Source of the DNA: Candidatus Marinacidobacterales bacterium
GTDB taxonomy: Bacteria; Acidobacteriota; Vicinamibacteria; Marinacidobacterales; SMYC01
DNA: 64,000 nt
Direction of reading: 5' to 3'
Assembly (NCBI GenBank): GCA_965237955.1
Contig: OZ250169.1
Span: forward strand, 512,001 to 576,000
Shown here: one piece after another, positions 42,344-52,837 of the stretch
Numbering within the stretch: the stretch's first letter is position 1
Layout of the letters: each line of letters opens with the position of its first letter
Program-made: the position numbers and the translations under genes
Notes under the pieces: generated by a model
Database searches by the model: none
The model's input: only the letters and a program-made list of their open reading frames with translations
Told to the model about the DNA's origin: nothing

Positions 42344-43153
42344 CTACACCATCAGGCCAAGAAGAATGTCGAAATAATTCTTGGGCGACTCCTTAGGTAG
42401 CCACTCGACGTGATCGATCCACGCCGGCGGGACGGCTTTACCCATCCCGGTATAGTTCACATTGCATGCCAAGCTGCGCTCGAGTATCTGTACCGTTCGG
42501 TGCGCGTAGTTCAGCGCCGCCCGAACCGCACCGTATCGGCTGCCGGGTGTCGTGAACACAACGAGACACGGGCGCGTTGCCTCTTGATACGCTCGGCGTA
42601 ACGGACGCCCGGTCACTTCTTCATAGTCGGCGCAGATATCTTCTACCGTCTCGCAGACCTGCGTGAAGTCCTTGTGATCCCCGCTTCGGCCGATCGCGGC
42701 ATCCCGAACCAGAAAGGCGAAAGGCCCTTCCCACCCAGGCGCCATTACCTTCTTGTGGAATTGCTGCGAGAAGTGTCGATCAGCTCGGTCGAACGATCGC
42801 CGATATTCCTCCCAATCGGCCGGTGAACTCCATTGGGAAGCGACTACTCCAAGCGACTCCCACAGCTTCGGCAAGGCAGCAGGAGTCGGAAGGATCCCCT
42901 CCTCAAACGTCGTGCTCTCGGGAGCCCTCGTCGCGTGAAACCAGCGGATGCCGGCCGGAGCCGGTAGATCGCTTTGGTCCTCGTACCCGAACTCGCGTAC
43001 AAGCTGATCCTCTGGAGCCACCCCGCTACCTTCCCATTTGAGATCGATCTGCGAGAGTCCCAGGCGAAGCTCATCGCCGGACATTACGAGTAGATCGCCC
43101 AAGGACTTGAGCGCCGTATCAAGTGACGAACAATCCAAGATCGTGCTAGTCAT
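42344..43153 (-). CDS. Hypothetical protein (269 aa), possible ADP-ribosyltransferase-like fold
   Basis: Intact ORF with WFHATR...EEGILP and GPFAFL motifs. The fold assignment is inference. Confidence 0.6.
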   Translation of the reverse strand: MTSTILDCSSLDTALKSLGDLLVMSGDELRLGLSQIDLKWEGSGVAPEDQLVREFGYEDQSDLPAPAGIRWFHATRAPESTTFEEGILPTPAALPKLWESLGVVASQWSSPADWEEYRRSFDRADRHFSQQFHKKVMAPGWEGPFAFLVRDAAIGRSGDHKDFTQVCETVEDICADYEEVTGRPLRRAYQEATRPCLVVFTTPGSRYGAVRAALNYAHRTVQILERSLACNVNYTGMGKAVPPAWIDHVEWLPKESPKNYFDILLGLMV

Positions 43154-43182
43154 TTCTCTTCCACCGGTGCTTCCGCCATTAA

Positions 43183-43750
43183 CCTTAATCGCAAATAAAT
43201 CTAAGACGCCAAGGCAAGTTCGAGATCTTCAAATAGCCGCTGAGTGTCCGAGTTTCTGGACATTCGGAGGACGTTGCGGCCCCCGATACGAACGAGTCGT
43301 CCCGCTTTGGAAATAATGAGAAACCGCAACGTTCTCACGCTGTGTAGAACGTACATGTAGGTCCGTTTTGGTGAGGGCGGCTTGTTCTCGGCGATAGTAT
43401 CCAGTTGAAATCCTCGACAGAGATTGTGAGCGAGGATGTTCAATTGCTGCCAAGCGTTGTTGGCGGCATAGTCGTTGGTGGGTACGACGTCGAGTGCGAA
43501 CTGACCGCGCAGCTCGGCGAGCGTTTTTTCTTGCGCGCCGCGTCCAGCGGCGAACGCCCACAGATTTTTCGGTGTGAGCGATTTGTTGGTGGCGACGGCG
43601 GAGTACTCGAAATAGCCGTCATCGGGAGAAAAAAGGTCCAGCTGGAAATTCTTCGCGGTTTTGTGCCAAACACGTTTGCGGTAGATCACGATCCGTAGCG
43701 TGATATTCCAGGGCTCGATGTGGTGTTGGATTGCGAAAGCGTCGATTCCC
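43183..43750 (-). pseudogene. IS1380-family transposase C-terminal remnant with end
   Basis: YSAVATN...GRGAQEKTLAELR...YAANNAWQQLNILAHNL. The end CCTTAATCGCAAATAAAT recurs as CCCTAATCGCAAATAAAT at 32397. Confidence 0.75.
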
Positions 43751-44019
43751 TCGCGGCGGGGTGGGTCGAAGCCCTTGGCGGCGAGGTCCTGCCAGCTCTC
43801 TTCCTCCAGAATTCGGCGGTCGATTTCGTAGTCCCAGAACACGTCGAGGGTCTGGCCTTGGGCGTCGTCGTCCGCACAGGCCAGTCGGACCAGCGGTGAC
43901 TGGCCGCCGGCGGCGGACTCGACCACTTCCTCGACGAGCCATCGCCTGGAGCGAACCTGAACCAGTTCGCCGACCAAGGGTGGTCGTTCGGGCAGCCGAG
44001 CTGCAATCGAACTACTCAC
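43751..44019 (-). pseudogene. drmD: DISARM DrmD (SNF2-like helicase) N-terminal remnant
   Basis: GELVQVRSRRWLVEEV...VRLACADDDAQGQTLDVFWDYEIDRRIL...GFDPP. Confidence 0.7.
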
Positions 44020-44616
44020 AGGGGCACTCTCCAGTTAAAGGTCGTAACAGGCGATCGTCGCCTGTTACGCCTGGACCCGGCTCGACGGACACGACGCGGC
44101 GCCTATCCACTCGTTGACCTACCTCCAGTTCCCACACCATGCTCCCAATGCCGAGGCAAGTGAGACGAACATTCCAGCAAGGATGGCAAGCTGATCTAAT
44201 GCGGTGAGGCGCCACAGCACGAGCCCCGTCGCAACGGCCGGGAACAAGATCAAGGTCGCTACCGAATACACTATAGCAAGCCACCGGCTCATCGTCGTAA
44301 CCCACGGAAGGAGCGCGGGGTCAAACGATCTTTTCGGACCGGAGATTAGCAGGTACAGCGACGCGCTGAGGCGATTCGCGCGATGGGCGAGTCAGCGCCC
44401 AGACCAACGCCAAACGCCGAATTCTGCCTTACAGTCTCTGTTCCCTACAACCGCGACCTCTATCGACACTGGACAGACGCGGACGGATTTGAGAGCCAGA
44501 CCCATCAGTGTGACGATTCTCAGATACGAAGACCTATTCTAAAAACATGGTACAAATACCTTTACTTGTATTTTTAAGGCTCGCTTTCCCTTATGTTATA
44601 CTCACGGCAGTGTGAC

Positions 44617-46093
44617 ATGCTTGACACCTTCGTTCAGCCAGAGGAGCTAATCACCTCCTCTCAAGCAGCCCAGCGGTTGATTTCCGCCGGGAAAAGCCCC
44701 TCGGCCGCCCGACAGCATATCGCCCGTGCGGCGCGCAAGCTTGACGTCTGGCGCTCCTCAGGACTGCAGTTGCCACACCGCGCGCGCTTGTTTGCGCATC
44801 GTTCCTCAGTTGGAACCCCAAAGTTCCTGCGGGACGTTGAAACTATTCTGAGCACGCAGAGGCCAGGCCTCTCCCGCTGTCTTGTCGCCCTCAGACAGCA
44901 TCAAACCGTTCTCAAGCCAGAAGCCGAGCGCCTGCTCGCAGTTCGAGGTGAAGCGGAGTACCTCCGCGAGAAGAAGGCTCTGGAGGATCTCGGAATCGTA
45001 ACAGGTCTTGACGAAGGCACCATGCTGGAGCGGCTTGCTTTGCCCTTCTCGGGCGGCACAGGAAGGATGGCCTGCGCACGTTATTCAACGGCTGGTTAGA
45101 GACGCGCAGATCGCACGCATTGTCGTGGAGCACCTTCGCCGGCAGTCTCTCGTGAGCTGGGGCGGCAATAACTTTTCCGAGGGTCCGCTTCGCCCGGCGA
45201 GGTTCAGTGGTTATCCCTTCACGGCTTTCGGCTGGTCCTGGTTGTCGCCGCTCGTCACGTGGAAGGGTAAGAAGGCATCACCCATGCCCGTTCTCCTAGA
45301 CATGTTCGGCACGGACTGTAACGTGTTCGATGTCGAGAGCCACAGGGCACGGCTGGCGAGAGTGAAAGGGATAACGCATCGAACTCGGCCGTTGCTTGGG
45401 GTGATTGCCGCCTCCCGGTTTACGAAGGAAGCTCATCACGCCGCCCGAAGCGCGGGTCTGATGGTGATCAACCTGAAGGATGTCTTTGGAGACGCCGCAC
45501 TCGAGCTGATGACTCAGGTGGCCGCTCTTCTCAGTCAGGTTCCAGATGTCGCCAACGGCGACGAAGACCAATTCGCAGATGTTGAGAACATCACGACTAC
45601 CCTTGACCGCCTCAAGGATCATCCATTCGTGACCGACTTGAGATCGTTGGGGCTTGAAACGCTGTCTGCCCTGATTGCTCGGGGCGACGGTTGGGAGGAT
45701 GTCAAAGTTGGCATCAGCGTTCCCTTCAAGAAGGTGACGACCCGCGAAGTCGATGTATCGGGTCTCACTCATGGCGGACACCGTGCTCTCGTCGTTGAAT
45801 GCAAGGCGCATCATGCTGACCGGCCGGTCGCTCCCGGGGATGTGGAGAAATTCTTTAAGGAAACGGTCCCCGCATTCTTGCGCTACCATCAAGAGTGGCA
45901 CATTGAAGAATGCGTGGCCGAGATTTGGACCACAGGGCTGATCGATCCTGCCTCCCGCGCTGCTCTTGAGAAGATTTCACTGGATCGGCGCGTGACGCCT
46001 TCGCTGGTCGATCGAGCAGGGCTCGAGTCGAAGATTCCTCTCGTGCTGAATCCATGTCGCAGACTGCTACGGACCATAGCACTGGCGCACTGA
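44617..46093 (+). pseudogene. Restriction-endonuclease-like (PD-(D/E)XK / Mrr-like) protein with one frameshift near 45088
   Basis: Two overlapping ORFs join if one base is removed in TATTCAACGG. Motifs GVIAASRFTKEA and REVDVSG...VVECK. TGTTATACT extended -10 upstream. Confidence 0.65.
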
Positions 46094-46990
46094 CGCACGA
46101 ACTGGAGCGACCAGCAAAATATCGCACTGTTTGGGTGCCTGCGGCTTAGGGAATAACGCTGAACTGGCGGAAACGGCGGATGTGAGGGCACGATGAAGAA
46201 CACCGCTCAAACCGAAAAACATGACCTGTGCATCATCAATATCCGTCCGCTCCTGAAATCAAGGACTTACGCACCGTTCACGCCTCGGCCAACGAGCGCA
46301 TCTCCCGCTTGAGATCCCGGTCTTGAGACGGCAAACTCTGCCGCCATGCTCCGTGTCCTCATCTTCCTCGTCTCACTCGGCGCCCGTGCGATCCGGGCGA
46401 TGTGTCGGCGCCGAGCCGACCTCGTGATTGAAAACCTGGCCCTGCGGCAGCAAGTTACGGCGTTGAAGAAGGAGCGCCCCCGGCCACCGCTCGAGGACAC
46501 GGACCGAGCATTCTGGGTTGCGCTCCGAAGCTCGTGGCCAGCGTGGGCGAGCCGGCTCGTTATCGTGAACGCCGACACGGTCGCCCGGTGGAATCGAGAT
46601 CGGTTCCGCCGATACTGGGCTCGGATCTCCCGTCCGCGCTATCCAGGTCGACCTCGGATTGATGCCGAGATTCGTCGTCTCGTCCGCACGATGGCCCAAG
46701 ACGGCTGGGGTGCACCTCGTATCCACGCTGAGCTGACGAAGCTCGGATTCGTTGTCAGCGAGATGACGGTGTCGCGATACATGCCGCACCGCCGAGCCGA
46801 ACCCGACGAAGTGAAGCGATGGATTGCGTTCTTGCGGAACCACAAGGACGACATCGCCGCGATGGATCTGTTCGCCGTACCGACGGCGTCGCTACGGCTG
46901 CTGTACGGCTTCTTCGTCATCGAGCACGGCCGTCGCCATATCTTGCACTTCAACGCGACGTACAACCCCACGTCAGCGTGGGTGATTCAA

Positions 46991-48924
46991 GCGTGCCGGG
47001 CATGTTCAACAGCTCAGGGGTGAAAGTCCCCCGCACAACCTGATGGAGGTGAAGTGCTAGCGAAGCGCAAGGGCGCATCCCGCGAGGGGTGGTCTGAAGG
47101 AAGCGTGGAGCAAAGTTGCGACCTGACGAACAGGAATCGGATACCAGGCGATACAGGGTGGACGAGCTGCCTTGAGACAGCGAAGTCCATATCCATCAAG
47201 ACCCTGTGTTGTAGATCCGGCGGGTGTGCAGCGAAGGCGGTTGAGCTTACCCCGGGAGATCTGTGTCGTTGTCCTACGGGACTGAGGCGCGTCGTAAGGC
47301 GGCCCGATCGCGGCACAGAAGTCAGCAGAGGGCATAGTAGCAGCGAAGAAGCTGGCGGCGGACGTATCCCGTCCGTGTGTCGCGGAAGGTTCGCGCTGCG
47401 AAGGCCCAAACGGCCCCCACAAGGGGTTAATGGAGAGGCAATTAGGAGATGTGACTCATGAGCACACGGCGGCAGAAAACCCAGCTCGAGCTGGCCTTCC
47501 CCATGCGTAGCACCGGTGAACCCGAGTGTCGTGCGGACGAAGGGTCCGAAGTGCCTGTGGCGGAGCATCGTACCGAAAGCCTGGCGATGTCAGAACAACT
47601 GATGGAGGAGATACTTGAGCGTGAAAATCTGAAGAAAGCATTGAAACGAGTTCAGGCCAACAAGGGAGCACCTGGCATCGATGGCGTTACGGTCGATGAA
47701 CTACTGGACTACCTTCGCAAGCACTGGCCCACCATGCGGGTACAACTGCTGGAGGGGACCTACAAACCGCAACCGGTGAAACGGGTGGAGATACCCAAGC
47801 CGAACGGCGGGACCCGCAATCTGGGTATCCCGACGTCCGTCGATAGGTGGCTCCAACAAGCGGTATTGCAGGTACTCCAACGTCAGTGGGACCCAACGTT
47901 CTCCGAGCACAGCTACGGCTTTCGGCCTGGCCGCTCGGCCCACCAAGCCATTGCCCAAGCGCAGCGTTACGTGCGCGAAGGATTCACGGTTGTCGTAGAT
48001 CTTGATCTGGAGAAGTTCTTCGATCTCGTTGCACACGACCGTCTTATGGCGCGGGTGGCCGAACGGGTAACCGACAAGCGGGCGCTCAAACTTATCCGTG
48101 CCTTTCTTGAGGCCGGCGTGGTTATGGCGGACGGCCTGGTGAGCCCGACGGAGATGGGCACCCCCCAAGGGGGCCCCCTCTCACCCCTGCTAAGTAACCT
48201 GGTCCTCGATGAGCTCGACCAAGAGCTTCAACGGCGTGGCCATAGGTTCTGTCGTTATGCGGACGATGTGAATATCTACGTCCGCAGCGTTCGAGCCGGC
48301 CAGCGTGTGATGGAAAGCATCAGTCGATTCATCACGCACCGTCTCAAGCTCCGCGTCAACGCGTCGAAGAGCAAGGTTGCACCTGCATGGGAATGCGAGT
48401 TTCTCGGATTTAGCATCAGCCAAGGTTCGGAGCGGAAACGCCGCATCGGGCCAAAGGCGCTTCACCGGTTTAAGGACCGGATCCGAGAGCTCACGCGTCG
48501 ATCGCGTGGCGTCAGTATCCAACGGGTCGTCTTCGACCTGACCCGCTACCTACGGGGGTGGATTGGCTACTTTGGCTTCACTGACGCTCGCTACGTGCTG
48601 CGAGACCTGGACTCTTGGATCCGTCGGCGGCTGCGATGCTTCATCTGGAAACAGTGGAAGACCTTTCGCAGACGACGCCGGGGCCTCATGGAACGAGGCA
48701 TCGCGGAGGCACCCGCTTCGCAGACCGCCGCCCGCTCACGCGGTTGCTGGTCAACGAGCAGAGTACCGCCATTACGTCGAGCGTTCCCCAATGCCTACTT
48801 CGACTCGCTTGGACTCTTTCGTCTGTTTGTCCGACCCGCTTAACCGGCCGAACCGCCTTGGTACGGACCCGTATGCCAGGTGGTGTGGGAGGGCGGAGGC
48901 CGTGAGGCCTCCCCCTATCCCGAT
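46991..48924 (+). mobile_element. Group IIC intron (1934 nt)
   Basis: Boundaries defined by the intron-free IS copies. 5' GCGTGCCGGGCATG; domain V GAACCGCC...GGTGGTGTGGGAGG with CGC triad; domain VI ends CCTATCCCGAT. Confidence 0.92.
47458..48843 (+). CDS. ltrA: Group II intron reverse transcriptase/maturase (no endonuclease domain)
   Basis: NKGAPGIDG, LGIPT..DR, SYGFRPGRSAH, DLEKFFD, GTPQGGPLSPLL, RYADD, FLGF, RGWIGYF. Confidence 0.95.
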   Translation: MSTRRQKTQLELAFPMRSTGEPECRADEGSEVPVAEHRTESLAMSEQLMEEILERENLKKALKRVQANKGAPGIDGVTVDELLDYLRKHWPTMRVQLLEGTYKPQPVKRVEIPKPNGGTRNLGIPTSVDRWLQQAVLQVLQRQWDPTFSEHSYGFRPGRSAHQAIAQAQRYVREGFTVVVDLDLEKFFDLVAHDRLMARVAERVTDKRALKLIRAFLEAGVVMADGLVSPTEMGTPQGGPLSPLLSNLVLDELDQELQRRGHRFCRYADDVNIYVRSVRAGQRVMESISRFITHRLKLRVNASKSKVAPAWECEFLGFSISQGSERKRRIGPKALHRFKDRIRELTRRSRGVSIQRVVFDLTRYLRGWIGYFGFTDARYVLRDLDSWIRRRLRCFIWKQWKTFRRRRRGLMERGIAEAPASQTAARSRGCWSTSRVPPLRRAFPNAYFDSLGLFRLFVRPA

Positions 48925-49672
48925 CAACTGCGCGAGGCGTTCCCATACGACACGGCACCACGATACTTGCTCTTTGACCGCGACGCGATTTTCAGCCCTG
49001 CAGTGGTGGAGTTCATCAGGGCCATGGGCACAAAGCCTGTTCGCATTTCTTATCGCAGCCCTTGGCAAAACGGTACCGCCGAACGCTGGATCGGAAACTG
49101 CCGCCGCGAGATGTTAGAGCATGTAGTTGTCCTCAGTGAGCGGCATCTCGTCCGGCTCATGCGCTTGTACATCAGCTACTACCACGAGGACCATTGCCAC
49201 TTGGGTCTCGACAAAGACACCCCGAACTCAAGACCCGTCACGCCCCGACCATCACCGACCGCAAAAGTCGTCGCGTTGCCGCGAGTGGGTGGGCTCCACC
49301 ACCGCTACGAATGGCGCGACGCCGCCTGAGCCAGTTTAGTCGCTGCGCGTCGATTGCTGGGGTCCCTCGCGATTGCGTTGTCCAGCTCCGCGGCCCATTG
49401 ATCGCGTGATCTCGGCAAGTGCCCGCGTGCGCCGACCCGGGTTTCTTCGTTCGTCGTAGGGCCACCAGCGGTACCATTCCCGCTGGATCAATAATGATGA
49501 AGGACACGTCCGAGCCGCCCCGTGGGTTTCCTATCGTCGTGGCATTGACCTCGGCTGGCGGCCCATCGAATCCTGCCTTCCGCGCAGATCCGATCATCGA
49601 CCCTACACAGGCCGACGTCGAGCTCGACGTACTATTTGCACCATACGGGTTCCGTCTATACTGGAGTGAGCC

Positions 49673-49915
49673 ATGACGCTCCTAAGACGTCTCGCCATCC
49701 GCGCTGCGCGAGAACTGGCACGTCGTCCGAAGGTACGAGCTAGAGCCAAAGAGACATTAACCAACGCCACACGTGTGTTTAACGAGGAGGTCAAACCCCG
49801 CACCAAGGAAGCTTGGCGGGACGCACAGCCGAGCATCGAGCACGCCAAGGCCAGACTCAAGCGGTTTGCCCAGAATCTGCGGGACGAGCACCGCAAGGGA
49901 CGCGACGGCGAATAG
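49673..49915 (+). CDS. Small basic hypothetical protein (80 aa)
   Basis: GGAG RBS and helical composition; ends about 10 nt before a family A left end. Confidence 0.45.
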   Translation: MTLLRRLAIRAARELARRPKVRARAKETLTNATRVFNEEVKPRTKEAWRDAQPSIEHAKARLKRFAQNLRDEHRKGRDGE

Positions 49916-49925
49916 ACGTTATCCC

Positions 49926-50212
49926 GTCCTGTGCCAAAACTCGGCCCTTTTGAAATAGTGAACCGCTCCGGGTTTTCCGGAGACTCGAACTCTTGAGAGG
50001 ATGGGGTCATGGAAAGACGAAGCAAGTATTCGCCGGAGGTTAAGGAACGCGCGGTGCGGATGGTTTTTGACCAACAGCATCAGCACGAATCGCAGTGGTC
50101 GGCGCTCTCATCGATTGCGGAGAAGATTGGCTGTACGTCCGAGACGCTGCGCAAGTGGTTGCGACAGGCAGAGCGTGACACGGGCCAACGTGCGGGCCTG
50201 ACGACGGAGGAA
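49926..50212 (+). mobile_element. Family A left end (49926-49958) followed by an IS3-family IRL and truncated orfA
   Basis: TGAACCGCTCCGGG IRL at 49959; MERRSKYSPEVKERAVRMV...ESQWSA...IGCTSETLRKW...GLTTEE. Confidence 0.85.
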
Positions 50213-50442
50213 CCGTATCGCCCTCATACGGGCCTCCCTTCGAAAGACCAAGACGGCCCCCAAGACGTCGAAGGCAACGGATGCGTGAGCACAATCCCGG
50301 AAAGCGCACCATCGGCTGTGATGGAACCTTGCTCGTCGAAACGACGCACGAGAATGGCCAGAAATTTCAGGGATGCCGCACTGCCCGGTTGGTGGGAGCC
50401 TTTCTCTGAGTTGATGCAGTGCGGCATCCCCGTCGCCACCAA

Positions 50443-50958
50443 TCAGAGGGAATCGGGGTTTCGGTTTTGGTGGCGTTCGAGTCTTTCTTTCATGTGCTGC
50501 CGGCGCTCTTCCATCTTGGCTTTGCGCTCGGCTTTCAACTGGGCGAGCTTTTGCCGTTGCTCGTCCGTCAAAACGCTCTCGATCTTCTGCTGCAGTTGCT
50601 TCCGTTCAATGGCGGCCGCTGCCTCGGCTTCACCGAGTTGATAGGCGAGATTCTGGATCTCTCCGTCGTCCGCAAGGATTTCGACGGCATCATTGAGCGC
50701 TTTGCGGCGCTCCGCGACACGCTTCATGTTTCCGGTCGCGCGCACCTCCTCGAAGAGCGCACGCACATCGCCACGCTGTGCCTCCGAGAGGTCGAGCTCC
50801 CTTAGCGCTCGCATGTCGCCGCCCCGGCCTCCGTGGCCCCGACGACCAAGACTGCGACCTTCGCCCGACTGCGCCAGGCCCAGGCAGGGCAGCGCGAACA
50901 GGCTTCCGACGAGAGCGATCCAGACTAACTTCTGACTAACGTTTTTCTTTTGCATCAT
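50443..50958 (-). CDS. Spy/CpxP family periplasmic chaperone
   Basis: Signal peptide, Gly/Arg linker, LDLSEAQR and VLTDEQR (LTxxQ) motifs; divergent from a two-component system. Confidence 0.85.
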   Translation of the reverse strand: MMQKKNVSQKLVWIALVGSLFALPCLGLAQSGEGRSLGRRGHGGRGGDMRALRELDLSEAQRGDVRALFEEVRATGNMKRVAERRKALNDAVEILADDGEIQNLAYQLGEAEAAAAIERKQLQQKIESVLTDEQRQKLAQLKAERKAKMEERRQHMKERLERHQNRNPDSL

Positions 50959-51103
50959 CTTCCTTCTCTCCGGCTCCACACCCGGTCTTGTCACGGTTCA
51001 ATACTAGCGAATCGCGAGCTCCGAGTTATCAAGTCGGCGAAAAGGATTTGTTAAGGATGTAAAAGCTCGGGGGGCGGGCCCCAGGGCTGTTCTATAATGG
51101 GTC

Positions 51104-52837
51104 ATGGGAAGCTTCAAGGGGTGCAGGGCGTACATTCTACCCCTCGGCCTCCTCGTGCTTCTGGCTATTCTGGCTACGCTCCAGTACCGCTGGACGGGTC
51201 AGATCAGTGCCGCGGAGAGGGAGCGTGTACAGGCGAGTCTGCGGTCCTCGACGTTCCTGTTTTCGAGAGACGTCAACGAGCAGCTCATTGGCCTGTTCCG
51301 CGCTTTTCATGTGGAGAGCGATCGGGAGCTCGGCGCGAACTTGTTCGCGCGACTGGATCGATGGCGCACAGAGTCGAACTATCCCGATCTCGTACATCAC
51401 GTCTACGTCGTCCGCCCTGACGAGGGCGAGCCTAGCTTGCTCGAGCTCCAGGGAGATGAGCTTCGTTCGACGACGTGGCCGGACGAGCTCTCGCGACTGC
51501 GCGCTCAGGTGGAGCATGTCGAAGACCGCGACGCGGATGGGCCCAGGCGGCGCCTGGCTCACCTGCCGGTACTCCTGGACGAACCTCCGTGCCTCGGTTT
51601 TCCCATCGGGTCACCACGAGACGGCTGGCCTCGAACGGCTCCTCGTGGACACGTCCTCGTCCTGTTACGTGAAGACGTTCTGCGAGAGGACATTCTCCCC
51701 GAGCTCTGGGCCCGATACTTCGGTCCCGAGTTCGACGTCGTCGTCCTCAATCGGGACGACAAGGTGGTCTTCGCGTCATCTGAGGTCGAGGCGTCCACCT
51801 TGGTTGCTTCGGCAGACGCCGAAGCGCCGCTGTTCTCGCCTAGAAGCTACTTCGCGGACCTAGCTCCCGGAGAAGGCCCAGAGCCTCGGCGCCCGCGGGC
51901 GGGAGCGCGGGAGCGGCGGAGACCTTCTGCCGGATTTCGCGCGTCCTTTAGAGACGCCGGACGGGAGCTCATGGAAGGCCGATGGCGCCTGTTCGTCCGA
52001 CACCGAGCCGGCTCCCTCGATGCGGCAGTCGCAGCGGCACGTTACCGAAATCTAGCCGTGAGCTTTGCTGTCATGGGGCTCCTAGCGGCGAGCGTCGTGC
52101 TTGCCAGCATTTCTTCACGGAGGGCGACGGAGCTCACCGAGCGCAAGATGGAGTTCGTCGCTGGCGTGTCGCACGAGCTGCGAACGCCCGTCGCCGTCAT
52201 TCGCTCGGCGGGGCAGAACTTGGCAGATGGTTCCGTCTCCGAGCCGTCGCGGGTCGCGCACTATGGGAGCGTCATTGAGTCGGAGGGACGACGACTCGAA
52301 GATCTTCTCGAGCAAGTGCTGGAGCTTGCCGGAATCCAGTCGCTCAAGCGGCGGTACCAGTCGGGCTCCGTCTCCACTCGCGAGATCGTGAGCCAGGCGA
52401 TCTCGGACTGCCAAAGCGTCGCGCATGACAGGGGCGTCGAGGTGACCGTCGAAACGGGCGCGGCGGACTTGCACGTTCGAGGCGATCGGGAAGCTCTCAG
52501 GCGAGCGATCGCCAACCTGATGGGCAATGCGATCAAGCACGGCGGGCGAGCCGCCAGCGTGGAAGTGTACGTCTCGAGGCGACCGGAGCATCGCGTCGCG
52601 ATTCAGGTCGTGGACCACGGCCCCGGCATTCCGAGCCAGGAGCGCGAACATTTGTTCGAGGCCTTCTATCGGGGAAGCAGAGCTCAGGAGCACCAAGTTG
52701 CCGGGAGCGGCCTCGGTCTCAGTCTCGTCGATCACATCTTGCGCGAGCATGGTGGCACGATCGAAGTAGAATCGAGCCCTGGAGCGGGCGCGAGCTTCAC
52801 TCTCGTGCTGCCCGGCGCCACGGAGCATGCGACGTGA
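51104..52837 (+). CDS. Sensor histidine kinase
   Basis: Two TM helices, VSHELRTP H-box, NAIKH, DHGPGIP, GSGLGLS. Confidence 0.95.
   Translation: MGSFKGCRAYILPLGLLVLLAILATLQYRWTGQISAAERERVQASLRSSTFLFSRDVNEQLIGLFRAFHVESDRELGANLFARLDRWRTESNYPDLVHHVYVVRPDEGEPSLLELQGDELRSTTWPDELSRLRAQVEHVEDRDADGPRRRLAHLPVLLDEPPCLGFPIGSPRDGWPRTAPRGHVLVLLREDVLREDILPELWARYFGPEFDVVVLNRDDKVVFASSEVEASTLVASADAEAPLFSPRSYFADLAPGEGPEPRRPRAGARERRRPSAGFRASFRDAGRELMEGRWRLFVRHRAGSLDAAVAAARYRNLAVSFAVMGLLAASVVLASISSRRATELTERKMEFVAGVSHELRTPVAVIRSAGQNLADGSVSEPSRVAHYGSVIESEGRRLEDLLEQVLELAGIQSLKRRYQSGSVSTREIVSQAISDCQSVAHDRGVEVTVETGAADLHVRGDREALRRAIANLMGNAIKHGGRAASVEVYVSRRPEHRVAIQVVDHGPGIPSQEREHLFEAFYRGSRAQEHQVAGSGLGLSLVDHILREHGGTIEVESSPGAGASFTLVLPGATEHAT

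Larger units (their letters stand above)
46227..49506 (+). mobile_element. IS family B copy 2, interrupted by a group II intron (3280 - 1934 = 1346 bp)
   Basis: Same IRs as copy 1. Transposase exons 46346-46990 and 48925-49329 rejoin in frame (WVIQ/QLREAF). Confidence 0.92.

Noticed and set aside
43201-44019. 272-aa ORF as a novel fusion protein (likewise 39164-40774, 50009-50641, 54078-54650, 34304-34801)
   Set aside because: Chance in-frame joins of unrelated fragments at deletion or IS junctions (e.g. drmD + IS1380).
46991-48924. RT as a CRISPR-associated or defence (retron/DRT) RT
   Set aside because: It has full group II intron RNA domains and a maturase, lies over 40 kb from cas1, and cas1 has no RT fusion.
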